DNA of 34,430 nucleotides from a virus (lineage: Duplodnaviria > Caudoviricetes). The DNA is taken from positions 1-34,430 of IMG/VR virus record IMGVR_UViG_3300037760_000121, one strand, 5' to 3'. The notes under the pieces were generated by a model, which was not told the DNA's origin, did not search any database, and was given only the letters and a program-made list of their open reading frames with translations. Made by a program: the position numbers and the translations under genes. This document shows positions 9,443-20,220 of the stretch, in pieces (the first letter of the stretch is position 1; each line of letters opens with the position of its first letter).

Positions 9443-9895
9443 TTAAGCCTCCGGCGTGCCTGTGCCTAAAATTCGCGCTGATTTTCCAGCATTAAAAACC
9501 CACTCGTTAATTCCGGCTTCTGTTGCGTAAGTCAATGAAGACTCGTTCGCAAAAGCAACTTCTGTTAATGTTAAAAAATCACCGCGCGCGATATCTCGCA
9601 AAGTGATAACGTTAAATCCATGAGTTAGCGCACTTTCTGTTTGAAAGTTAAACATATCTTGAAGCAGCGCATTATCAGGTGACGTCTTAAGCAATCTTAC
9701 AGTTACAGTCTGCGCACTGCTTGCAGATAATGAGTGACTAACTGAACCATCCGCCCCAATTGTCATGCTATTTTTATCGCCAACCGGTTCGATAGTTATG
9801 CCCTCGGCTGCTGAGCCTGAGCCTTGTCCTATATTTATATTACCCCCGATTCCGACTAGGGACGCTGTAACTTGTTGAAATGAATAAGTGCTCAT
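9443..9895 (-). CDS. Tail tube protein (DUF3277-like)
   Basis: MSTYSF N-terminus, MTIGADG and TVTVRLLKTSP.N motifs; follows the sheath gene. Confidence 0.9.
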   Translation of the reverse strand: MSTYSFQQVTASLVGIGGNINIGQGSGSAAEGITIEPVGDKNSMTIGADGSVSHSLSASSAQTVTVRLLKTSPDNALLQDMFNFQTESALTHGFNVITLRDIARGDFLTLTEVAFANESSLTYATEAGINEWVFNAGKSARILGTGTPEA

Positions 9896-9909
9896 TTTAA
9901 ATACTCCTA

Positions 9910-11388
9910 TTATCTGTTAACGTCAATAATAACGTCAATTTCTTGTATAGCACCTGCCATTTTAACAGCAGTCTGAATTCCAGGCGCAATTCTTTGCTCG
10001 CGAATTGCCTGAGGCTGCAAGGCCATCGGTTGTGTAAATATATAAAATCCGCTTTTTAAAAAGTCACCAGTTTCAAGCTGTCCAAATCCGTCGGCATTCC
10101 AAACGCCCGGAGCAATCAATCCATTGTTAACGCCTTCTCGGCAAACTCTAGCCACTTCGTTCACTATTTGATTTTGACCTGAATCGGTTTGAGGTATTTT
10201 TGTTTTGCTTTGATACAATAAATTATAGCATGCATTTTGCACAGCATCAGAAAACCAATCTACACCATGAATTAAATCGATATAGTCACCGCTCGCCATA
10301 GTGCCATATTGAATTATTGCTGTATTATTTTGATACGCAACAAATACATTACAGTTTTTAGACTTTAACGTATTTGCTTGAGTGTTTGTCAAATTTTCAG
10401 CAACGACTCCGGGCTCTTGCTTATACATTAATGTAATAGTTGAGCTATTTGCGTTAAAGTTAACAGAAAAAGCCCTACCGAATAACGAGCACACAGCGAA
10501 CTTATTGGCGCTATATTGCACAGTGCTGCGCAAATAATCCAATGCTTTCAGCCTGCTCGCAATATCATCTGTGTACAAAGCGTCTAACGTTAATACGTCA
10601 GTATTGCTCACTCCGAACAATCTACTCACACTTTCAGCTTCAATAAATCCTGCAATTTCAACCGAGTCGTCATCAGTCGGCTGAACAGATGCGCAAAAAG
10701 TAATCCCGTACCATAGCCCTGACAAATTGGCCAACTCTACAACAGCGGCAAGCGGAGTTTCAACGTCGTAACCGTCAATTGGCGCCAAGCCTGTTATTGA
10801 TGTCATTTTTAGCACTGTGCTTATATCAGTGCCTGAGCCTTCAGGCGTTAAAAAGCTCAATGTTGCCGCGGCGCCTGTTGATGCCGATGTCAAAATAAAT
10901 CTTGAGCCAGTCCATGTCATTGTTGCGTCGCCGGCAAGCGCGGTAGTAATTACGCTTGCAACACCGTTCAAATTTGTCTCAAGTGAAAAATCAAGTAAGC
11001 TAATATCAGTCTCAACGCTGTCAATAAAAACAGTAAACGATCCGTCAACTATTGTTGTCCAATTTGAAAGCGTTTGCTCAGCCGGCGTTAATATGCCGCC
11101 CTCCAAAATTGCGCTGGTCGGCGTGCGTAGCCATCTGCCGATCATTAATTCATCAGGCCTTGGCACTTGACTGAAATATAACTCAGCACCCAAATATTCT
11201 GGAGCGGTTGTACCGAAATCTTCAGCAACTTCGTCAATCGACAAATAAGTTCTGAATCTTTCAGCTCCGCTAATAACGTCGCTGTCACCCATTATCAATA
11301 ATGTTCCGAATCCGCGCCGCGGAGCAGCAAGCGGCTGCAAATTTACTTGCACCCTCACCAATCTGTTTAAATTTAAGCCGTTTGCCAT
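9910..11388 (-). CDS. Tail sheath protein (DUF3383-like)
   Basis: 492 aa with DFG..APEY..A..YFSQ, TITLMYKQEPGV, IHGVDW, KIPQTDSG and AGAIQ motifs. Confidence 0.92.
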   Translation of the reverse strand: MANGLNLNRLVRVQVNLQPLAAPRRGFGTLLIMGDSDVISGAERFRTYLSIDEVAEDFGTTAPEYLGAELYFSQVPRPDELMIGRWLRTPTSAILEGGILTPAEQTLSNWTTIVDGSFTVFIDSVETDISLLDFSLETNLNGVASVITTALAGDATMTWTGSRFILTSASTGAAATLSFLTPEGSGTDISTVLKMTSITGLAPIDGYDVETPLAAVVELANLSGLWYGITFCASVQPTDDDSVEIAGFIEAESVSRLFGVSNTDVLTLDALYTDDIASRLKALDYLRSTVQYSANKFAVCSLFGRAFSVNFNANSSTITLMYKQEPGVVAENLTNTQANTLKSKNCNVFVAYQNNTAIIQYGTMASGDYIDLIHGVDWFSDAVQNACYNLLYQSKTKIPQTDSGQNQIVNEVARVCREGVNNGLIAPGVWNADGFGQLETGDFLKSGFYIFTQPMALQPQAIREQRIAPGIQTAVKMAGAIQEIDVIIDVNR

Positions 11389-11400
11389 TTGTATTCTCTC

Positions 11401-11988
11401 TTATAATGGTGTTTCAAAATCTACTGTTATAACTTTTGTGCTTGTATTGCCATAAATTGTGCCGCTTACTTGTACAAAACTTAAAATCGGGTAATCTCTT
11501 ATTATCTCTCGTCTTAACGTCATAGTTATATCACATCTATCAAAAAAACGATTATTTATTAATTCTGGCACGTGTGTTATCTGACTAAAACCAACTAAAC
11601 CCATTTTCCCTAAAAATAAAATTTCCTGATTTTGCGTTAAGTATAAACCATCGCGAAGAGATGAGGAAGTGGCTTGACAGTTTTCGCCATAAAAAATGCA
11701 TAAAACGTCTATTTCTTCATGTCTTTGCATCTGCGTAGATAAATTATTTAGCTGTCTCTGAGCTGGCTCATTGTCTTGTCGTTGAGCAATTATCCCAAAA
11801 CTGCACCAGTCGACATTGTAATCTGGAATCGTCGCCGGATTTAATTGCCATGACTGACGCACTAAGTTCGGTTCTAAGTCAGTGACGCCGACTATTACGC
11901 TTTGTAAAAATCTGCGTAAAGATTGGTCATTAAGTGGTGCCGTACCCTCTTCAAGTAAGTAGCCGCCCGTTGCGCTAGTATTAGCCAT
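11401..11988 (-). CDS. Tail terminator / neck protein
   Basis: MANTSATGGYL N-terminus; immediately upstream of the sheath gene. Confidence 0.7.
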   Translation of the reverse strand: MANTSATGGYLLEEGTAPLNDQSLRRFLQSVIVGVTDLEPNLVRQSWQLNPATIPDYNVDWCSFGIIAQRQDNEPAQRQLNNLSTQMQRHEEIDVLCIFYGENCQATSSSLRDGLYLTQNQEILFLGKMGLVGFSQITHVPELINNRFFDRCDITMTLRREIIRDYPILSFVQVSGTIYGNTSTKVITVDFETPL

Positions 11989-12358
11989 CGTTGTTCGGCC
12001 TTATTAGCTCGCATCCTGCGCGAGTAAATCCCACACCATAATTGATGTAATTTTCATCAACAATTTTAACTTGATATTGACGATTGCGCCAAATTATTAT
12101 ATCTGCATAACCATTTTCAGATTCCGCAAATAATTCACCCCTATAGTAAACAGTAATTCCGTCAGATAATTGCGCACCCTCTGCGACTCTTGTTAAAGTT
12201 GCGTCAAAACCATTTTGAATAACTGCTGTTATAGCTGTGGTTGTATTTGTTAAAACTGTTTCACCGAATGCGTTCACAGTTTGAGCGCGACGCACAAGTA
12301 TTGCGCTATCTGAAAAATCTGGGTCTAATATTAATTCTGAAACATCAATATCAGCCAT
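11981..12358 (-). CDS. Head-closure protein
   Basis: IDVSELILDPDF and ADIIIWR..QYQV motifs; position in the neck module. Confidence 0.7.
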   Translation of the reverse strand: MADIDVSELILDPDFSDSAILVRRAQTVNAFGETVLTNTTTAITAVIQNGFDATLTRVAEGAQLSDGITVYYRGELFAESENGYADIIIWRNRQYQVKIVDENYINYGVGFTRAGCELIRPNNDG

Positions 12359-12843
12359 TATTTATTTCTCACTACGTATGTAATGCTTTTCAAATATTGC
12401 GCAGTTCTGATTAGAGGCTTTTCACCAAAAGCGCCTTTGGCGCGCCTTTCTTCTAAAGTTTTTTCAGCAAGCGGCAATAGATTCGTGCCTGCTTTTATGT
12501 ATAATTTTACTGCGCTCGCATTGAGCAAACCAACAGCGGTTAAAGCTTTATCAAGCCTCGCTATATCAACAAGCGCATTACTTGCGCCTTTTTTCAAAAT
12601 ATTTACAGTTTGTTCTTTTGCTGAAGCAACCCCTGGCACTAAATGAGGTCTAGGTGGAATATTGTTAATCGGCGAGCCAAATTCGTTTATATATCCAATT
12701 TCTGCATTAGTTTTTGACTCGCCGCGCGAGCTTTCGGCTTGCGGAACGCCGACATATACCTCTTTTGCTGACATCTGATCTAAAGATTTCGCAATATTTG
12801 CAGTTATATCTTTGATAACTTTAAAGCTCATAGCTGATAGCAT
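12358..12843 (-). CDS. Neck / tail-completion protein
   Basis: VYVGVP, NAEIGYINEFGSP..NIPPRPHL and KPLIRT motifs. Confidence 0.75.
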   Translation of the reverse strand: MLSAMSFKVIKDITANIAKSLDQMSAKEVYVGVPQAESSRGESKTNAEIGYINEFGSPINNIPPRPHLVPGVASAKEQTVNILKKGASNALVDIARLDKALTAVGLLNASAVKLYIKAGTNLLPLAEKTLEERRAKGAFGEKPLIRTAQYLKSITYVVRNK

Positions 12844-13211
12844 CCTTGCCCGAAAAGTTTTACAAGATAAAAATATTGACGACCATAGACTGTTTGATTC
12901 CAGAATCCTGCGTCTTTATAACTTGCATCTGTTGTATCATACGATATATTAACGCTTCCAACTGCTTTGCTTTCTATAGCTCCGCCAATAGTACCAGGCT
13001 GTCCGCCGGCTGAAGATTGCTCAATATTTTTAATTGCTAAAGAAATGTTATGCGCTGTAAATAAGTTAACAGCTTGCGTATAAACTGAGCCGAACGCATC
13101 GGAGCTGATGACTTGCTCGCCAAGATTTGACCAAAATGTAATTATGTTGTTAGTATAGACTAATGCGTCTGAAAATTCTGGAAAGTCTAATCTAAATTGT
13201 GGTATGTCCAT
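12828..13211 (-). CDS. Head-tail adaptor (DUF4054-like)
   Basis: FR.DFPEF, LFTAH, SKAVGSVNISYD and FWNQTVYGRQY motifs. Confidence 0.85.
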   Translation of the reverse strand: MDIPQFRLDFPEFSDALVYTNNIITFWSNLGEQVISSDAFGSVYTQAVNLFTAHNISLAIKNIEQSSAGGQPGTIGGAIESKAVGSVNISYDTTDASYKDAGFWNQTVYGRQYFYLVKLFGQGCYQL

Positions 13212-13425
13212 TTTTATTAGCCTTCTTTTTTGGCTTTTTGGGCGCCTTGTTCTTTTTTAGCTGCTTGCCATCTTCAGCAACAACCGATATTTTTCCATCT
13301 TTAACTAGCGCAGAAAAAAACCAGTTTTCAACTACAGAGGAGGGCAACGCATGTCGCCCAACTCTGTAAGTTACTTTATCTAGTCTGACTTGTATGTAAA
13401 AATCAACATCAATAAAATCAGTCAT
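13192..13425 (-). CDS. Small hypothetical head-associated protein
   Basis: 77 aa, coupled between the capsid and adaptor genes; Lys-rich tail. Confidence 0.6.
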   Translation of the reverse strand: MTDFIDVDFYIQVRLDKVTYRVGRHALPSSVVENWFFSALVKDGKISVVAEDGKQLKKNKAPKKPKKKANKNGHTTI

Positions 13426-14390
13426 TATATTCCATCTGCATACTGTACAGTTTCTGGATACACAAATTCAACTTCACCGAATGCCCAAATATATGGGGCA
13501 GTGAAAGTAATGCCTTGATAGTAAGTTGTTTCTCTGCGAATTGGAACCATAGGAAATCTGACTCTGCTTTCATCATTAGTATACGCAACCATTCTGTTTG
13601 TTGCGCCTGCCCCGATGCCTGTCAAAAATTTAAGCGGCTGAATGTCAAGATTGACGCCATTTTTTGCTGTGCAGATATTGTTTTCTTTCAAATATTGTAA
13701 AATAGACTTATCGGAAGACTCCCCAGACGGCCTACCTGCCAAATTTGCAAACACAGAAGACTCAATAAGCAACTTATCTGGGCATATAGCGTAGCCTGAG
13801 GCCAAATATGTAGCATTAAGTAAGTCGTTGACATCTCTAGTTATCTGTTCTCTTGTTTTGCTTGCAAAAGTTGTTGATCCACCTGCGCCGTCGGCCGGAA
13901 CTGAAGCAGAGGTAACTAGCGGAGAGTTAACAAGCCCGTATGCTTGAACAGTTGGGCTGGTGTCGCCGATGTACACCATTTGATCAGTTCCCTGCTGCTG
14001 CATAATATTCAGAGCGGTGAATTTTTGAGTATCAATTGGTTGACCTAGCAACTGGCTTTTTTCTAGCTCAACTGACGTATAATTTATAGCTGTTGCCAAC
14101 AATCTAAGCGGAGTGACGACTCTTTGACCATCAACACTAACTCCTGGAATAGTGTTCGCATTTGGAGCAAGCCATGGCAAACCAGTCGCATTCTGAGTAC
14201 CAATTCCACCAAAAGTTGATTGTATAAAAGATGTGCTTTCATTTGCAAAAGATACGTCTGTACGCAGCTTAATATCACGACCATAAGTTACGTCAATAAG
14301 CGGCTCGTATAGTCTTTTGTCAAGCTCATCAAGTTGATTGATGTAAAAAGATAAAGTGGCGTCGTAAAATTTTTTATCACAAGTTTTCAT
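13425..14390 (-). CDS. Major capsid protein (DUF2184-like, HK97 fold)
   Basis: 321 aa with QLDELDKRLYEPL, DQMVYIGD, GLVN, RMVAY and VEFVYPET.QYADGI motifs. Confidence 0.92.
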   Translation of the reverse strand: MKTCDKKFYDATLSFYINQLDELDKRLYEPLIDVTYGRDIKLRTDVSFANESTSFIQSTFGGIGTQNATGLPWLAPNANTIPGVSVDGQRVVTPLRLLATAINYTSVELEKSQLLGQPIDTQKFTALNIMQQQGTDQMVYIGDTSPTVQAYGLVNSPLVTSASVPADGAGGSTTFASKTREQITRDVNDLLNATYLASGYAICPDKLLIESSVFANLAGRPSGESSDKSILQYLKENNICTAKNGVNLDIQPLKFLTGIGAGATNRMVAYTNDESRVRFPMVPIRRETTYYQGITFTAPYIWAFGEVEFVYPETVQYADGI

Positions 14391-14393
14391 TTT

Positions 14394-14885
14394 TTACCCT
14401 TCTATTCTAATTTCAGTTATATTGTCAGCATCTTTACCGCTTACGCCCCAAGTCACGCCGACAAGTAGCACGTTTTCGCCTGGAATTGATGCGGTTTCTA
14501 AATCGCCAATTGCTTTGCCAGTGTCTACAGCAATTCGCAAATAAACTGGCTCTGCACGAACAGGTGTACCTTGCGCCGCAATCACGTTGCAATATCCTTG
14601 TACAATTACGCCATTTACTGAATCAGGATTTGGCACTGCGGCGCCGAATGTTTCGGCAATTGTGCCGGCAATCGTCGGAACGCTTCTTGATAAAATACCG
14701 AAAAAAACATCGGCTGCATCGCCAGACTCTATAGCTTGCAATTTACCTGAAACCATTTTCACAGGTTCGCCGAAATATGTTGGCGCGTTTGTGTCGCTTA
14801 AAAACGCACTTTCAACAGTAGTTTTTAAATCTCTTGTTACATCTCCAGCATTGCCAGAGCCCGCTCTAAATAAAAAAGAAGTCAT
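14394..14885 (-). CDS. Capsid decoration/cement protein
   Basis: 163 aa between the scaffold and capsid genes; G.AGDVTR and FGEPVK motifs. Confidence 0.7.
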   Translation of the reverse strand: MTSFLFRAGSGNAGDVTRDLKTTVESAFLSDTNAPTYFGEPVKMVSGKLQAIESGDAADVFFGILSRSVPTIAGTIAETFGAAVPNPDSVNGVIVQGYCNVIAAQGTPVRAEPVYLRIAVDTGKAIGDLETASIPGENVLLVGVTWGVSGKDADNITEIRIEG

Positions 14886-14890
14886 GTTAG

Positions 14891-16081
14891 TTATCCTTGT
14901 GCCTTATAAAATGTTTTAAATCGTTCATTAAGTTTTGCTGCTGTCATTACTTCGTTTTTAACGTTAGCTTTATCAAAAGTTAATTTAACGGTATTTGTTT
15001 CTCTATTTGCATTTTTTATTAATTCAGAAGCAGTAATAAATAACAAATCTTTATCTACGCTATCAAACGACTTACTACCTAATACTGAGTCAATAGTTTT
15101 TTTCCCGTGCGGAGTATTGTAGCACAATGACAATGACTTAGCTTTTATGTCTTTTGACTGACCAATGCCAGGGCATAATATTTCAGCTCTAGCCAATGTA
15201 TCACTATCAAGATACATTTCAGCATCACCTTGCTCTTCATCTTCATCTGACTCGGCCATGCCGGCGAGCTTTAATAAAGCTGCTTCAATATTTGCAAGTC
15301 TATCATCTATATTAACGTCAGCATCTTTGGCTTTTTTATCTTGCGCGCAACCATCTTCAACTACATCAACCTCATTGCCAGATTTTTTTTCAAGCGCGTC
15401 AACTCTTGCCATTAATTTTTTAAGCATTTCTAAAACGTCCGCATCTTCATCAACCACATCGACCGGCATCGCCTCGTCTAACGCTCTGCTGAAAATGTTA
15501 CGCATTTTATCTTTTACCGACATTCTTTTATCCCCAAATTTTGGTGCGCTGTCAAAAATCGCACATTCAGCTCCGCACCGACCTGACTGTACTAAAGCCA
15601 CATGATTACCTCTTATATTTTCCTGTCTGCCACGACCCGTATCAGTTTGTAAAAAATCTGCTTCATAACCGCACGATAATTGTCTTAGCTTATTACTTTT
15701 TACTGCGCTTATTGCTTCGTAATCTGTTAACAATAAATCTGCCATTAATTTTCCTGCGTCTTCGCCGACACCTGCGCGTACATTTTGTACTATACCTACA
15801 GCTAATTGACGCCAATTTTCTGGCGTTACAAACTCCTCGCCATCAGGGTGATTTATTGTAACAGGTTTTCCCTCAAAGCTTGCGATCACATCAGGCGCCG
15901 TAATGTCTTCAATGTTGCGACTTACTACTGTGATATCTTTATTATTACTTAATTCGGTCTCATTTGCGCCATAAATTAGATCGCCTGCGCGAGCTATTGC
16001 CACATTTTCGCAGATTAGAAAACCTTCCGGCGTCTCAGACATGTTGTTAGATAATTTAGATACCGAGTAAAATTTACTCAC
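14891..16081 (-). CDS. Prohead protease/scaffold (DUF2213-like)
   Basis: TPEGFLIC..V.IARAG, SFEGKPVT..HP, LSCGY and NHVALV..GRCG motifs; acidic coiled-coil C-terminus. Confidence 0.9.
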   Translation of the reverse strand: MSKFYSVSKLSNNMSETPEGFLICENVAIARAGDLIYGANETELSNNKDITVVSRNIEDITAPDVIASFEGKPVTINHPDGEEFVTPENWRQLAVGIVQNVRAGVGEDAGKLMADLLLTDYEAISAVKSNKLRQLSCGYEADFLQTDTGRGRQENIRGNHVALVQSGRCGAECAIFDSAPKFGDKRMSVKDKMRNIFSRALDEAMPVDVVDEDADVLEMLKKLMARVDALEKKSGNEVDVVEDGCAQDKKAKDADVNIDDRLANIEAALLKLAGMAESDEDEEQGDAEMYLDSDTLARAEILCPGIGQSKDIKAKSLSLCYNTPHGKKTIDSVLGSKSFDSVDKDLLFITASELIKNANRETNTVKLTFDKANVKNEVMTAAKLNERFKTFYKAQG

Positions 16082-16154
16082 TATTGATCGACCTGCATTT
16101 GTACAATATAGATAAGATGCACTATTTTTACAAAAAAATCAACATTTTTAAGAT

Positions 16155-16889
16155 TTATTCAAAAAAACTTTTAGGTATGATTGGATTTGCCCAACATCTG
16201 CAATTATAAATATCGCCAGGTGCGTGAAAACCTTCGCCCTCGACCTCAGGGGGACTTCCAAAAGTGAATACTTTTCCTTCCATTGCTGCATGACTTGGTC
16301 TAACATCTGCGTCTTCAGATGTTTCCCAAACATATTGATATGCACCTATTGACTGAGCGCGAGCAGTTGTAAAAGCTGTATTTGTTTTTGATGTTTCAGT
16401 TCTTGCTATTAATGTTGCGCGACTTGCTGTTACAGCACCTGTTTTTGCAATTTGCTCAGCTGCAACATCTGCGCGCATCCCACCATAAAAAGCGTCTTGT
16501 GCTATTTTTTGCGCACGAAGTCCTGCCTCTTGCGGTAAACTAGTTATAAGATCGACTTGCTCTAGTTGCAATTGACGTGCAACCGCTCCCGTGCTTGTAT
16601 TTTCTAGCTGATTTTGTAAGTCATCGCTCATTTTTTTAGCAAGTTTGTTCCAGGCTTTTTCATTATGATTATCAATATTGCTTATAATTTTTTCAGTTAA
16701 AGCCGTCGCCCAAGGCACTAGCGCAGCTGAATAAGCATCTAGTGCAGCAAACAATGCTGTTTCATCAAGTATCTTATCTCCTGCTGTGTAAGCATCCACA
16801 ATTGCGCCTATATTTTTCGCAACTTTTCTCAGCTGTGAGATATATTCGTTTTCAATTGAGGCGGTATGTTGAAATGGCGATTTAGTCAC
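16155..16889 (-). CDS. Minor head protein (SPP1 gp7/Mu gpF-like), short form without a toxin extension
   Basis: RA.LIARTETSK, YVW.T..D..VRPSH and PG.IYNCRC motifs. Confidence 0.92.
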   Translation of the reverse strand: MTKSPFQHTASIENEYISQLRKVAKNIGAIVDAYTAGDKILDETALFAALDAYSAALVPWATALTEKIISNIDNHNEKAWNKLAKKMSDDLQNQLENTSTGAVARQLQLEQVDLITSLPQEAGLRAQKIAQDAFYGGMRADVAAEQIAKTGAVTASRATLIARTETSKTNTAFTTARAQSIGAYQYVWETSEDADVRPSHAAMEGKVFTFGSPPEVEGEGFHAPGDIYNCRCWANPIIPKSFFE

Positions 16890-18354
16890 GACCTGTTACC
16901 CAATTTTTCAAGTTTTGAAACAATGATAATCTAACTTTGTCATCGTCTTTAACTGTTTCAGTTTCAGCCACCTTCTCCTCTTCAGCGACCGATTGCGTAG
17001 AAAATTCAGGCGTTGGAGGCGGCGCAAATTCTGACTCGCTTATTTGTTCATCTGTAATATTTGTATATATTCCAGTTATTTCAGATGATTGCTTGAGCTC
17101 TTTTAACGCAGTTGTTAAATCAATAACACCTGCTTCGTAAGATGCCATTACTTGTCTAGTCGTTATATCTCCGATTTCTGTTTTTTCTCTTGCTGACGTT
17201 TGCCACAATGGCACAAAATCAAAGTTAAAGCTTTCGGCTGCAACTTGCCCAAACATTGAACTATGCATAACAAGCAATATTTTCATAATTTCAGCGCGAT
17301 AACTTTCTTGCTCTGCTGAGATTCCATCGTAATAAATTCTTAACTCATTGCTGCCGGATGCATTTAAACCTGCCGGCGTCTCTCCAAAAAGAACCACGCT
17401 GGGTATTTTTGAGCCACCTGACAATTGTTGCGCAAACTGTAACATCATGTCAGATAAGCCGCTAAATGAATATGCAGCAGTTTCTAATTCATCGTTTTTA
17501 TCAATTAGCGACAAACCCTCTACTCTTTGTAAATAACGCATCATATCAAACTGCTTCAGCAGATTGCTTTGAGCCTGTCCGCCTGCTGCCAAAACTTCGC
17601 GCAAGCCATCAATTTTTACTGTTCTTAAATACGCTTTCTGTATTAAATTTGTGGCGCTTGCTGTCACGTCATCAAAAGATACTATTCTATCGTAAATTCT
17701 TTCAAGAACTGACTCGCCCCACAATTGTTCTTGAATGGCCTGGTAAGCCGGAAGCTCTATTCCCGTCGCGCGAATGACGCGCGAGTGGTGAATTGGTTTG
17801 CCGCCAATGCTTCCATTATAAATATTTGAAACAATAGTATAAAATTTAGGCAACCCTGCTTGCGCGCCTTTTAATATTAAATTTTCTTGAGATACTTGCA
17901 GCTGCCACCTATCGTATACAGTCAAGCCTAAAAAAGAATCTCTCTGTATTCTGTCTAACCTCAGCGGTTCTGAATAATCCTGACCGTCAATTTCTATAAC
18001 AGCAATTGCGCCGCCGTATAGTCGCCCCCATTTAAATAACTTCTGAAGTGACTTCCAAATACCCATAGTGGTTAAAGCTCTCTGCATTTCTTGCATTTTT
18101 TTCGGATCGATATCTGACTCAATGTCTATACCTTCTCGCGTCATATCGTCAGCAACTCTGTCAACTATTGCTCCAGCCATCCAACTGCCGCGATACATTG
18201 CCTCTAACTTTATCCTATTTTGTGTTAAATTATCAAACACATAAGTACCAGCGCTTGTTAAATTATTAACACCTTGACCCATTCCTGCTACAAAATTAGC
18301 AAACCCATCTGTGAATTTTTTTACATCGTCGTCAGTGCTCATAAACTCTCCCAC
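16882..18354 (-). CDS. Portal protein (DUF1073-like)
   Basis: MYR.SW, VD.VADDMTR, W.RLYGG, IHHSRVI, WGESVL and IP...LFG.TP.GLNASG motifs. Confidence 0.92.
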   Translation of the reverse strand: MGEFMSTDDDVKKFTDGFANFVAGMGQGVNNLTSAGTYVFDNLTQNRIKLEAMYRGSWMAGAIVDRVADDMTREGIDIESDIDPKKMQEMQRALTTMGIWKSLQKLFKWGRLYGGAIAVIEIDGQDYSEPLRLDRIQRDSFLGLTVYDRWQLQVSQENLILKGAQAGLPKFYTIVSNIYNGSIGGKPIHHSRVIRATGIELPAYQAIQEQLWGESVLERIYDRIVSFDDVTASATNLIQKAYLRTVKIDGLREVLAAGGQAQSNLLKQFDMMRYLQRVEGLSLIDKNDELETAAYSFSGLSDMMLQFAQQLSGGSKIPSVVLFGETPAGLNASGSNELRIYYDGISAEQESYRAEIMKILLVMHSSMFGQVAAESFNFDFVPLWQTSAREKTEIGDITTRQVMASYEAGVIDLTTALKELKQSSEITGIYTNITDEQISESEFAPPPTPEFSTQSVAEEEKVAETETVKDDDKVRLSLFQNLKNWVTGRD

Positions 18355-19790
18355 GTTTTTAACTTATTATTAGCGCCCAGCATGTCAGAAATTGCGTCAA
18401 TCATTGGATCTATTTGGTCATCATGTGATTTACCCGTACCATCAAACGCTTCGCACTCTGAAATAAAATCACTCAAAAATGATTCAGCTTCAGGTAGCAT
18501 CACGTAACCAGCTTCAATATAACCTTCTACATCTCTGTATCTTGTATATTTATCTTTATTGCGTTGTATCGCAAAAATAGGCAATCTGTCAATCAATTTA
18601 AGTTCTTGTATAAGTCCAGTTCCGCTTGATTTATCTTCTATTTTAAGTTGCCGCAATGTGCCATTTTTTGGGCAATCAAGCGCTTTATGCTTACTCCAAA
18701 ATATTTTCGCACGACGCCGCAGCTCAGGAGCTTCCCACTTACCCCGAATTAAATCAATCAAATATATTTTACCATCATCGCCCATGCCCCAGCACTCAAA
18801 AACACTATAGTCATGCATCTCTTGCGTTTTTTGCGCGGTGTCTGCATAAATTACACGATATTTTAAAATTGGGGCTTGTTTATACATGCCAAAATATTTT
18901 ACATGAATTAAGTTGCCGCCTTGAACTTGAGGGTTTTGTTGATACAATGCGCTCCATTCGTGAGCTGAGTATAATGACTTACGCTCTTGCAAAAATTCTA
19001 ATGATTTAAGTTGTGGAAATAACGCATCGCCTGCTTTTCTATGTTTTTCATCTTTTTCAGCAATTGCCGGATAAGAAATTATTTTAATATCATCAACCAT
19101 CGCCTCTATTAATCTGCCAATAGGGTCATCTATATGCCATCTTGTCAATATTGAAATCAAGCCAGCCTGGTCACTAAATCGCGACATAAAGTCAGTTTTT
19201 AACCATGCCCAAATTTTATCCCTAACTGTGCGCGAGTTGGCAGCCTCTGAGCCTTTTATGGGATCGTCTATAATACCTATGTCCAAAGTTTTTCCCGTGA
19301 TAGCTCCTTGTACAGTTGTGTTAGCAAAATAACCTTTGGCTCCTAAATGCTCAATCAAACTTAAATTACGTACGCCTATTTCTGCGCTTTTAACGCCAAC
19401 TGTATTTATTTTTGTCAATGGGAATATTTTATGGTATTTTGGATTGTCATAAATACGCTGAATATTAAGATTAGCTCTAGTACATAAGTCGTCAGAGAAT
19501 GACGTGTAAATAGTTTTCGTGTCTGCATTCTTACCAGCTAGCCACGCCACAAAATCTACTATAATTTCGGATTTACCATGCTGTGGGGGCGCCTGGATTA
19601 TTAATTTTGGTCTCTTTCCGTCAATAAAATCTTGATAAAATTGCTGCAAGTTGTCAGCTATAACTTTCTGCCACCAACCTATTTTCATTTTTGGATTCAA
19701 GTAGCGACGAAACGCCCAAAAATTGTCTCTTGATTCCAAAACGCATAGCTGCTCAATTAATTCTAAATCATCAAGAGTCATTATTATCAA
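18339..19790 (-). CDS. terL: Terminase large subunit
   Basis: Walker A APPQHGKS, Walker B IGIIDDP, TRWH.DD..G, ALYQQ.P, nuclease motifs DTA and HDDQID. Confidence 0.95.
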   Translation of the reverse strand: MIIMTLDDLELIEQLCVLESRDNFWAFRRYLNPKMKIGWWQKVIADNLQQFYQDFIDGKRPKLIIQAPPQHGKSEIIVDFVAWLAGKNADTKTIYTSFSDDLCTRANLNIQRIYDNPKYHKIFPLTKINTVGVKSAEIGVRNLSLIEHLGAKGYFANTTVQGAITGKTLDIGIIDDPIKGSEAANSRTVRDKIWAWLKTDFMSRFSDQAGLISILTRWHIDDPIGRLIEAMVDDIKIISYPAIAEKDEKHRKAGDALFPQLKSLEFLQERKSLYSAHEWSALYQQNPQVQGGNLIHVKYFGMYKQAPILKYRVIYADTAQKTQEMHDYSVFECWGMGDDGKIYLIDLIRGKWEAPELRRRAKIFWSKHKALDCPKNGTLRQLKIEDKSSGTGLIQELKLIDRLPIFAIQRNKDKYTRYRDVEGYIEAGYVMLPEAESFLSDFISECEAFDGTGKSHDDQIDPMIDAISDMLGANNKLKTWESL

Positions 19791-20196
19791 ATAAAGTTTC
19801 AGGTAAGCCGCGCTCGCTTAACTGTTCTTTTATTTGCTCTTTAGTTAGTTGCGCAGTTTTATTTATATCTATTTCAATTTTAGCTTCTGCTTTTTGTTTT
19901 TTTGAGATTAGATATTCTAATAATTCAGCCTTACCTTTTCCCGTAACAAATTCTTTCATAAGCCGAATAATGCCCAATTCTAAGATTGTTAATTCTTTTT
20001 TCTTAGCGAAATCTTCTATCTCTTGTTTTGTCATTGCGCTTAAAACATCAATAGTTTCTTGCACTTGCGACGCTTTGTAACCCTCATGCTTTAATTTCAG
20101 CGCAATTTTTCTCGGACGACCATTGGGGTTTCCGCTCTCACCAGGCTCAAATTGATTCATTTTTCCGCCATATTTTCCTGGCACTTGTTTAGCCAT
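19771..20196 (-). CDS. terS: Terminase small subunit (DUF5681-like N-terminus)
   Basis: F.PG.SGNPNGRP motif; directly upstream of terL. Confidence 0.8.
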   Translation of the reverse strand: MAKQVPGKYGGKMNQFEPGESGNPNGRPRKIALKLKHEGYKASQVQETIDVLSAMTKQEIEDFAKKKELTILELGIIRLMKEFVTGKGKAELLEYLISKKQKAEAKIEIDINKTAQLTKEQIKEQLSERGLPETLFDNNDS

Positions 20197-20220
20197 AATC
20201 TACCTCATTTTCAGTCTTTG

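Noticed and set aside
16155-16889. MuF-like protein as a polymorphic toxin carrier
   Set aside because: It ends just after the NCRC motif, with no C-terminal toxin extension or immunity gene.
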